A stretch of 64,000 nt of DNA from Tubulanus polymorphus (lineage: Eukaryota > Animalia > Nemertea): NCBI RefSeq assembly GCF_964204645.1, contig NC_134036.1, positions 9,093,859-9,157,858 on the forward strand, given 5' to 3'. The position numbers were made by a program, and so were the translations under genes. The notes beneath the pieces were generated by a model. That model was not told the origin of the DNA, did no database searches, and saw only the letters and a list, made by a program, of their open reading frames with translations. Shown here piece after piece: positions 25,331 through 36,546 of this stretch (position 1 is the stretch's first letter; the number at the start of each line of letters is the position of its first letter).

Positions 25331-28300
25331 TCTAGCGCATGTAAACAATGACTTACATAGTTCAATTCCCGCTCTACAAAAATAAATCCAAGCTTAAGTT
25401 CGCGTGCTGTTATATGCTTTTTATTTACTCTTGCCTACGAGCAATTATCTAAACGTTCAGATAATTGCTCGTAGCTCTTGCTCAATCTTCCAGTGACTGA
25501 CCCGTAGTAGTTGTGACCCTGATCTCCGTTCAATATTGCATTTTATCAAATTTATTATTCCAGATTATGCAACTATTCGTTGAATTAGTTCCTGAAAATG
25601 TCTACGATTGGAGGGTTCGATGTGCTACCAGAGTGAACATTCTCAAATTTGTATCCAAACTTCTTAGTGTCAAGAGGTTGAGAGGATTTATTGTCAATGT
25701 GTCAGAGCCAAAGTCAGAGCAATTGTTTTGCTAATGTACAAATTGTTAACTGAATAGTTATCCAAACAATCTTAGATGTTCACACTGACGAGCACTCTCC
25801 CCGGGCTTGAGGCCATGTATTCAAGAGTTGTCTAATAATGATAATCCATTCACTATACTATATACACTGCCGTCCCTAGATATCCCAACTACACATTTTC
25901 TAATTCTTATTTGTCTTATAATCCTTGTTCCCCTAGTCTAATGTCCTAGCGTATCATCTAATATTATTCATTCAATCTGAATCCAAACTAAAAACCCTTA
26001 TTTGATAACTGTTGGCTCAAAAAGTTACAAAAGCTAGGATTCACATTGAGCTATTCAATTAAATTACTAAAACATTTTGATATCTTGTAACCATTTAGAC
26101 AAAGCTAGTTCCCCAAGTCGTATTTTTGTGTTTTCTCATCAACTTTCAGGAACAGTCAAAACAATTTTTAAAACGCTATATATAAAGATTTCAGTACACG
26201 AATTAACCTATGATTTTAATCTGGAAGTTCATGAAATATCTTTCCAATTACACATGTATTTTCATCGAGAGATTAAGAACCTAATACATGTCATTCAAAT
26301 CTAGTAACAATGGGATTGATTTTCCTTCAAAGTTAGATGTATAATATGACGATGAAAGACTGGGTCTTCATTAGAACATGGACTTATAATCTAGTTTATA
26401 CGTCCATGATCTCAGGACCGATGCTGGGTTATTTCAATACAGAGGGAATGGTGGTCGATTTGATCCAGGCGGCTGCTGGAATATTCTTTGGATGGGAGGA
26501 GCCTACTAAGTTGCATAAGAAAAGATTATATTGGACCCAGTTCCACAGTTGAGATGTAAGAGTTAACTCTCGAGTTAATAGTTCATAATATTTACTAACT
26601 GTACATTTAATTCTTAACTGGGTCCAGTGCTTTAGTTTGACAAGTCAACTTTTAGCCAGATCTGTGAAATCGTCAAGGAAGCTAAGCAACACTTATAGTA
26701 GTGGTTTAAATATTTCCCAGACCCTATTCAATACTGCCCGCGGACGGCTCCGCTATGGCTCTTCCACTGCTGCCTTTTATCTTTCCACAAACAAACTTTT
26801 CACATAAAATGATTTAAATGATGCGTGAAATAAAGATTATTTTATAACACATAGACTAATATCACTGGTGCCGTCTTTGCTGAGCATTTGTTCCTTTTTA
26901 CGGCTGACTCATACAAATGATGATCAATCGCATATCAATGATTTATGTCAGTCTAGATATTTTCATTTATTCAAATGTATTACTGAAATGTGTAAACATC
27001 CTATCCCGGACGCAAAGTTTAACATCTCATAGAAACCCAGAATAGAAGTACACGCAACATAGTATTAATCGGGTCAAATAAAACCTAGTACCAAATAGTA
27101 CCCGCTGCTTATCTCAAAACCTTCCACTAATCATTATGATGTTCCACTGCGCCTGATTTGTAATACCAACCCCAAACTAACACAAAATTAGATATCCTTT
27201 TGTCTATTAGTATCTAGCATTTAATTGTTGGAAAGCGATAAACTCTTTGTTTTGAAATTTAAATTATTTTTGAAATATCAGTTTAATTTCCGTGTTTTGC
27301 CTGAAAAATGCAAGTTCTTATTATTGCCTATTTATAAAATATATCATTTTGAATAACTGGGGCTGCATTAAATATCAACTACTATATGGCTGCGTTTATT
27401 CTTTTACAAATACTTTTATTTTCGGAGCCGGTGGCCTAAAGTATCCACGCTCCTGTAATAAGAGGAGAATTGTACATTTTTATGAGTAACAATTGAGGTT
27501 CATTATTGTAAAACAGACCTCCCGCGACATGCATTAGGTCATCAAAAAGTGTCGTATGTTGAACGGTCGGGCCTTTATGCTTATGTTCCTATTAAAATAG
27601 AAATTCCACTCTTTGCCTAAGAGTCCATGAGTGAAGCTAAGAATGTGTGTAGCTACTCATTTTGTCGCCTTCCTTCGATAGAGGAAATATTCTTGTTTAA
27701 AACATATACGTAATAAGCGAAAAAGTTACTTACCTCAAACTATAAGTATTAAATTCGTATCAATCCTTAATCCCGATCCGGAGAAACTAAATGATACGGC
27801 CACTCGAATCCAATCTCCCTTCCTTCACGATCTCCATACAGCTCACTGCGCATTCAAAACAGCCCGCGCATTTACGCTAGATATGTAAACGTACCGATAT
27901 CACTCATCACCACCCGTAGGCGTATCGTATCACTGGCCTGGATTATACATCCATGCTCATACATTTTATGTAAAACAGGTGGAACTTGAAATCTCCAGAT
28001 AAAGCCCAATCGAAGTCACTTTATAGATGTGAGATTAAAATCGAATATATGTCAATTTGAAGAGTCTTCAATTCCGACGTTTTAGAAGTAATAAAAACAA
28101 CAGATGTTGAAACAACTACTGACTTCATCGGTCAATTTGAAAGAAAATTATTTCTTTCTAGCTGATGCATTGTTTTGTTTTATGCCAATAACATTTTCCA
28201 GATTTTGCCGCTGAAATTCCATTACGTATCAAAGTGACAAGAAATCCCATTTTCCTAGGCCTATGAGGTTACTAAAATATCGAAACTTGAACTGAGATAC

Positions 28301-30989
28301 AATTTGAAACGTAAGCAAAAGTAGAATTACTGCATTGACGGTGTTGAGATTTTCTGAACGTGCGTTACTACAGCAAATCAAATTTAGATCAACACACTTA
28401 GACATTTTTTTGAATACTACTGTTTTAGAATTAGTTTTTGTCGGGTCTGTTCCGACCTGAGAAATGAAAAATACGACCACACTTTATTAAACCTTGATCG
28501 AAAACATATTTTGATACCGAAGTATGTGGACTCCTTATATTTCTTGAGTTTATATTTCGCTGAGTTTATCAAAACCAATGTTGTAGTTGTGGAGATGTAT
28601 CTGTTGGTGATGAATAAGTTTAGACAAGATGGGATTCGATTTAAGTATTGGTTTAGACAAGTCTTAGGAAAATGAATTCTAGCTGTGAAAAAAAACGCGA
28701 ACTGGATATTGTTCTTTTTATCTGAAATACATAATGGACATTATCACATCTCTCTCAATCAACTCTATAAGATAATTCTTCCGTTTACATATGATCACTG
28801 AGGCATAAAGGAATAATTACTGTTACTGTTATATCGTTCATATTCAATCTATATTCATGAAAGTAATAATATGTAACAAATTACTAAATCATACACACAT
28901 TTTAAATTTGACGATATACTCAAAAGCAAAAAAAACTGCTTACTTTCGCTATTAGACATTTCATTATTTTTATTATTAGCGCTCCGTGAATTCTAGCGAT
29001 GGAGGCAAAACGTTTCATTATGGCACAATATTTTAATATAGCGATCGAAAAAATTATATGCGAAAATACTGTACTAAAAGCGACCATATATTACGGACCG
29101 GGCCCTGAAACTTCACAGACAGATAGAAGGGGGTCTAATCTAAATATGCAATGCTTAAAATTGGACCATAGACCCCCGCGAGCAGAATCCGACCCTTAGA
29201 CCCGCGGCCATATCTGTATAGTCGAGACCTTCCATGTGACTACTTTTTGGAGGTTGGCAAGACCTTTTCTAGCAAGCGTTACTTCTCAGATACTTAGAAG
29301 GGGCAAGTTATACAACTATAGAAATCTTACTCGCGGGTTCCTGTGGATGTGAGCACTATCCAAATTGGAATAGGTTCGTTATACTAAATACGTCAGTCAC
29401 TCTATAGTATTCACCAGTGAATTCAAATTGATGGAACCTCGGAGTAATCAGACTGATTCAGTCCGATTAATCTAAGATGGAACAATTCCTTTCCTCGAGG
29501 ATGTTATGATACATATAATTATTTGTACATCGTTCACGGTTTATCCACTTAAGTTTGACACATTTCGTACGCGCTCTGAATCTGTTTTCAAGAACTTTTT
29601 GATAAAGAATCAAACATCTTATTTTATCCAAACTGCAAACATCCCCCAGACTTTCATATGGTGTAGTTAGAAGAATGATGAAATATCTTTGACTGTACGA
29701 GGTCAATCTGATCGTAGACGTATAAATTAGTTAATGTCCATGATCTGATTCAAAAGCCCGTCGTCAATTCATGGGCGATAGCAGGCCATTTTAAGCGGTG
29801 AGCGGTGCAGCTGAAACGTTGTAGCTGATACATATTCCAACTTAGCAATTATGGGACTCGATGATTAACGTATTTTGGTTTTTGATCTATTTCTAATACG
29901 GCTGTGCGTCAGACAAGATATTCAAGTGATTAATGCAATTGCTACAAACAGGAAATTTCTGTGTCATTTAAGCTCCCTATCATAAATATTTTATTAAAAG
30001 AACAAAGCAAAGTAATACGCATTTTAAGTTAAAATCCGTTCGAACAATTTCCACCAAATTATACATAGAGTATCAGTAAATTGTAATTACGAGTACAGTG
30101 TTAATGTTCAAAATGTTATCAAAGGAAATCTATCGAAACTGTGGTAGACGCTTCCTGATCGCTTTTCTGACTCGCCGACGAATCACCAAATTCGATCAAG
30201 GCATTTTGATTATTTAATCAATTAGTAGACAAACAAATGCAAAATGAAATTTTCTATTGAGATTAGGACGATCCGACTATCAAAACTAGATACGACATAA
30301 TGATAGATGTGTTGTATTGCTGCAATAGTGGTAGTTTAGCTCAAACTAAGGAATTTCTTGATTTAAAAGACTAAATTATCCTAGGGAAGATTCTCCCGGC
30401 TGGACTTGATACATTGTTGTATCCCCTCGCATGGGTACACTAATATTTATACATATGGATATAAGATATTAACATATTTTAAGCCGCGAACGATGAATTC
30501 ACCAAGTGCTTTAAAACGCACTGAGAAATAACTTCATTTTACCGGTAAAAATGTCCCGTCAATGAATCTAATTAATCAGTGTATTTAATTGAATTTCAAA
30601 TGAAATCGGTGATTCGACGATCTGGTAATTCGGCGAAGTTCAAACTAAACAACCCTGCCTGGTACGTATGTGCCAGATGAACATTATTGGAGCCTCGGAA
30701 ACCTGTGCACGCATACGAACTATTCCCATCATCCCAGCAACCCAGGGAACTTTTACGAAAACAGATTTAGATATCAGGTCAGCTATACAACATAGTAACG
30801 GGCCATATGGTCTGACTAATCCCTGTGAAAACTACAGGCGAGACTAAAGTACACATACACACGTGTTGCTTCATTTGACAGGTCTCAGCCATCTCAAAGC
30901 TACGCGAACAATGTTGTTTATTACTGAGAAAGAAACCAAATTCAAAAACAAAAAAGGCATAACTCGAACTCCACTAAAAAGTTTTCATC

Positions 30990-31582
30990 TGTTGTGGGGG
31001 TCCTCTGTCCCAGTGTCCGGGTGACGTGTGTTGACCACCTGCGTTGTTTGCGTTTCACCAGCGTAGTTCCTTGGGGTTCTTCTCATATTAACTACAACTA
31101 GCTTCTTCTATCGATCCAGATCTTTATTCTTATACTCTCTTCTTACAATCTTCCTAGCACGTCCCCTCTAAACCACTAGCTCAACCGACCCAGCTCTACC
31201 GACCAAGCTTTCGACCCCACTGCATTAAAACCCTCCCTTTTTATACTTATTCTTCCTTCGCTCGTGACGTATATTTCCACACCGCTTGGCCTCATCGCCA
31301 GAGACGTCTTATTCTATTACTACAGTCCTACTGGCCATGTAAATCATTTCTACGTGTGTTATACGTCACGAGCGCTAAATTTATAACTCAACTTTCCAGA
31401 GCTCAAGGCTGCTGCTATAACAAGCTTTCCCACGTAGACACCCACGTCACTCTCACCTATCTTCTATGCTTCTCTCTTATGTGTGACGTAAGTATTCACG
31501 TAAGTCGCCTGCTAACCGCAACTACTGCCTTGAACTCCGGCTTATTTCCCACTGTCTAAATAGGTAATTTATTACTCCAATA
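30990..31582 (-). repeat. 3' LTR
   Basis: Direct repeat of 41723-42315. Minus-strand TATAAAAA at 31238-31245 and AATAAA at 31123-31128. Confidence 0.95.
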
Positions 31583-31596
31583 CCATCCCCCTTTCC
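31583..31596 (-). promoter_or_regulatory. Polypurine tract
   Basis: GGAAAGGGGGATGG on the minus strand, directly abutting the 3' LTR. Confidence 0.9.
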
Positions 31597-32020
31597 AGAC
31601 GATTGGACCCCCAATCGCCAAAAAAATACTGAAGCCCGTTTGCACTTCCAAAGATTTTTTTTTAAGAGCCGTAGCTAGCAATAGTGCAAAATCAGTACTC
31701 CTTACTTCCATAAACAACTTTTTCTTTTTTGTTTTTCTTTTTTAACAACTTTCACCCCTTGAACTTCACCGTAAGGCAATAAAAATGGTGCTTTATGATA
31801 AATGATACAACAATCTTGCAACTGACGCACATAAATTTTCAACATCTGGATGGTAGAGAGAGAAAAAAAAACCCATTATTTTTTCCTGACCAGCAACAAT
31901 AACAGTACACCTGGCCAAAAAGTCACCCTTGATACTGAGTAAAATCCCCATCTCTGAAACATTCTACTTCCATCCGCCATAAAGACTAAACCCTCATTAC
32001 CATCCGGATTATCATTCACA

Positions 32021-33473
32021 ATGGACCCGATAGAGTTTTTCGGTAAGCAACTTATTTTGAATACTTATAAACTAACACACCAACCATTTTGTACAGTTTT
32101 ATCATTACAAGCGATAATACATTATGCGCTACTCTTGCACTTTGTTATTTTAAACGGTCACATCGCCCCTGATAAGATCTATTACCCCATGTGCAATTTC
32201 TAAAAATGTGAACAATATAATACCAGAAAAACCTTGAATTTTAACAATGTTAGTCATGTAACTATAATTACTAATTGTAAAAACGTTAATTGCACTTCAG
32301 TCCATTTCATTACCGTTGTATTATATTATGCAACAATACTTTTATATATACAATCCATTTTTTTTTTCTTTCATTGTTTTTTTTTTTTTTTTAATCAGCA
32401 CTACCAAGGTACTGTACGGCAACGTACGAATACCGTGCTTCAAAGCATGAAGTATATAAAATTAGAAACCTCAAAATTAACAACATATATATCTCATCCT
32501 GTCATATTTTGTTTTTCATATCAGCCTCACTGGTCCTACACATGCTGTATGGCTTTATTCTAGCACAGCCCGGTAAGACTTCTTAATTCATTTTATGTAC
32601 CAAAAAAAACAATTTATAACTGCTTTTTCTAATATACTTTTGCAACGCAGGCAACCGACAACAATTATTAAACATAATTCGGGCTGCCACCGACGACCTA
32701 CGCGCCGCGTTTTCAGGTATACATTATATATATCCCTCTTTACAACCATAGTTCATACGTATTTATTTATTCATTGCGTATACCATTAGTTATATGTTCC
32801 AATGCTAATAATTATACTATGGCAACGCCACGAACACAATTCCACATGTTACCTCTATATATATTGTCTATTTACGCAGGGCTCCCAGTTCCATCCACCC
32901 CATCCCCAACACGAGGGCAACATACGGCGCGGCAAAGGGGCACGGGAAGGGGGCAACCAAGCGGTGGCACCCTCCGCATGCATCCCTATTCCCGTCGTAC
33001 TAACGCGCCCACAGACCAGAGCGTGGACCCCTCGCTCCCCGGTCTGGGGCCACAACCTCCACCCTATAACCGCATGTCCCCATCCCCAGTACCTCTTCTC
33101 CCAACCCAACTCCTTTTCTCGACCTTTCTCAGCACCCCCTCCTATCACTTGGAGTTCCCGATTCCCCTCCTGTACCTGATTCCCCCCTCTTACCTGGTCC
33201 CCATTCCCGATATCCGATCCTTCACATCCCTGATACCCCTGCAAGCCCTTCTGCAAGCAGCACCTCCAGCTCCCTGCCGTCGCTGGCTAGCTACTTCCCA
33301 CCTCCTTCACCTACAAATTCCAGTGGCAGCGAACCCGGTAAGAATTTTATAAAATATACAAGCAAATATAACAAATTCGTATTTCAGTCCGAGAAATTAC
33401 AATATGAACCATATGGGAATTTAAAAAAAACTCATGCAAATACAAATCCTATATTTCAGAACGAGAAGAATGA
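32021..33473 (+). CDS. Putative spliced antisense accessory gene of the gypsy element (Pro/Ser-rich protein, ~200 aa)
   Basis: Exons 32021-32042 (ATG..G|GTAAGC), 32525-32572 (CAG|..G|GTAAGA), 32651-32716, 32880-33337 (G|GTAAGA) and 33460-33473 (TGA). All junctions are phase 1. A 1-nt slip in a C-run near 33085 is needed to reach the last donor in phase. Confidence 0.65.
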
Positions 33474-34034
33474 CCAGATCTATTTACACTCACTGGAGTT
33501 CGTTTCTTTTTATACCACATTTAGTATGATAATACAAATTTAGTTAGATACAAAACCACCAACTTCTCTTCCCCTTTTTTTATTATGTTCCTCTCCCTTT
33601 CCATACACTGACCGCCTCGATCTTTAACCGTTTAAGATGGTTTGTCCAACCTGTCCCGACTCCAATCAACGACGTAAATTAATACTGATGCCAAGTACAT
33701 CATTTAGTTGATTATCGTGTGCCCAGCACATGTTGGCAACAGACAGCTTCAACAATTAATGAATAATTCCATAATAATTTTCTAAGTGCATTTTATAAAG
33801 ATGAGCCGAAATTTATGCAAAAATGGATATACTGATCAGATACATCCGAATCGCCGAGATGTCAGCCGCTAGTCCCCACCCATTGCCTCAGAAAGCAAAT
33901 TCATCCGTAGTCTAGGCAGGGATAACATGTACTGCTATTTGTGGCGAAGAGTCGTTATAGACAGGCTGGCCGCCATATCTCTATGGGAGGTCGTCACTCA
34001 TTAAGACTGCATCCCGCTGATGCACCATCCAAAA

Positions 34035-36406
34035 TTAAGTAAAAATTTCCCCACTACACAATCTCCTTAGCGGCTTATTGAAAAGCCGACTGGCGTAAAT
34101 TGTTTTAATGAAGCAGTTCGTGCAAGGGGTATTTTTATCATATGTAACATTGATTGCAACCAACGGTCCGTATGTTTTGATCTTAATCTCTGCCAACGGC
34201 TGGACGGCCTTGACTTCCTCCCATAAATGAGGAGATACGAACCCTAAATGTAAAACAGCCGACGCCCCATCATGATTATAAACTTCGGCTAAGACCTCTG
34301 CAGACAGCCTAGGAGAGGAACATGACGCCAATGATATCTGCCACCGACGTCTACTCATAAACCGCCACCCGTCAGTAAAAAAATACCGCAGTGTCGAGTA
34401 TACGACCATACCTACAACTGCCCATTCAATTATAGCCTCCCAATCTAACAAGGTTTCCGATGCCTTCCTAATCGCAGACAAGTCAATATCCAACTGTTCG
34501 TGAATTATGTCCAAATTCCCTGTCTCTACACTTTTAACCATTGTTAAAGCGGACCCTGCCGCCGCCCATGCCTTATATCGTTTGCATAAAACCGCCGATA
34601 CTATTATTGCCACAATTACTAACGAAATCAGAATATAACCACCGATTTTCAAAGAACTATGTGTCCCCCTAATTTCTGACCGTAAATAATCGGACCTACT
34701 TGTATACGCTATCTTGTCACTGCTTATAGCCTGCGCCAATTTTTTAAAATCAGCTTCCTTAGCGTTTTCAGCCCGTATCACATTATCCCATTCATGTCCT
34801 TCTATATTAAAATCAGGCAGTGTGATACGCGGAATTTTAGAATATAATACCTCTGTTTGCATATTATCAATATCATCCTCTTTACCCAAAAGTAATGCCG
34901 CCGGTATGTTAACGGGATATAATCGAGTTATTCTATCATGACCTTTTTCACAATTTGTTAAAGTCGGCGAAAGCGTAAAGTATTTCGAATTCAACCCACA
35001 ATGACATTGCAAGGTGACAACACAAAAATCACAGACCGGAACCCTAATTGGTGGATCCAGTCCACATTGGGAAATCCAATCATCTCGCTTGTCGTGAATG
35101 GATATCAAATATTTATTGGTTGTCAACAGGACCGCCTGAGACAGAGGCGCCACGGAAGTATATGTCAGATCACACTGCCCAATTAGATCCTTAGGATTAT
35201 CAAAGAAAAGTGCAGACGCGCATGATTTTTGTGTTCGAGTATAGATAGGTAATCCATCTGCACAATTCTGTATATAACGTCCTTGGCAAATCGAATAAGT
35301 GGCTTCATCAATCAACACGTAAGTTTGCAAATTCTTACTAACGCCAAAGAAGCGTGGGAGGTTAATTATTTTTGTATACACCGTAGCGGTTGCATTAACC
35401 GGAAGGTGAAAAGATAATATATTATACAAACGAAAATGCGTATTTTTTGCTTGTATTGGGATCTGCATATGAACCACTATATATTCACGAGTCCTGACAG
35501 TAAACGTTCGCGCGTGCGAATAATAATAACTCGGGGTTTGATGTGCCAGCTCAAACATGGGGTAAAAATTCTTCAATGTAACGCGAATTTTTGATAAGAT
35601 TTCCTGGAGACTTGTTACCGGAATTAACTCTACAGGTAGTCTATTTGACAGTAAAACGTTAGTGGAGCGCAACCACGCGGCCATGTGGCTGCTGATAGCC
35701 TCAATAACATCCCCATAATTAATGGAATACCGCACTACGTATGATAGTGCATGCACCCTTGCCTGTAAACGAGCCTGATTCATAGTATTATTTACAACGA
35801 ATTCCGAAAGTTTTGACATATAATCTCTGTTTTGTCGTACTAGAGACTTAACTTAAATCTAGAATCTGTTACGTTGGCAAAGCTAGTTAACCGTTCTTGT
35901 AACTGGACAATAGCTTTATGATCTAATTTTTGTAATGCATCAAACTTATTCATATGTCTTTCCACTATTTGTAACTGCTCAGTAGTGGCGACCCCAAAAA
36001 TCAAACTGGCGACATCTCCGATGAATGATAGCGGTGTTCGTTTCATACGGCCTTCTCTTCTTGTACTCGGAATTTCAACAGGTAATAATGATTCAATCAT
36101 ACGCCTGGAACTGTTAAATTTTTGATCAGCTCGGATTTTACGCAAACGCATTAGGCGAAACATTTTCTCTATTTGTCGGCATTCGGCATTAGGCATTCCA
36201 CACGTCATATTAGGAATTGTCATTGAAAACCGGGAAACATCTACTAAAGGAATCATAACACTATGTTCCCATTTTGTTGCTGCTACATTTATCTCGTCAA
36301 CTGGCTGGAATACTACTCCAGCCCCCATCCGTAGCTCTGCATCCCATGCAGCCATTGGTCCTATCCACGACCAAATCATAACGATATGAACTATACTCCG
36401 AACCAT
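34035..36406 (-). pseudogene. env: Envelope glycoprotein (class I, F-type/errantivirus-like), frameshifted by a 5-bp duplication
   Basis: Signal peptide MVRSIVHIVMIWSWIGPMAA, furin site RMKR followed by fusion peptide TPLSFIGDVASLIFGVAT, heptad region, Cys-rich block and TM GGYILISLVIVAIIVSAVLC. The two ORFs join when one ACTTA copy (35846-35855) is removed. Confidence 0.9.
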
Positions 36407-36546
36407 GGTTCCTAAAACAACATTTTAAATCATAACTTCTTGATTTCCTAACAATTTCTTAAAACACAGCAACTTTATACTCATACTCATTTTTCCTATT
36501 ATCCTTAATTAATTTCGCAACAACTGTTGGGTGCGTGGCAAATATC

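Noticed and set aside
31356-31559. 67-aa ORF occurring twice (also 42089-42292)
   Set aside because: Duplicated only because it lies in the LTRs; GTG start and no recognisable motif.
32855-33256. 133-aa Gly-rich minus-strand ORF as a sense accessory gene
   Set aside because: Non-ATG start; best explained as the shadow of the C-rich plus-strand exon, and the splice signals are on the plus strand.
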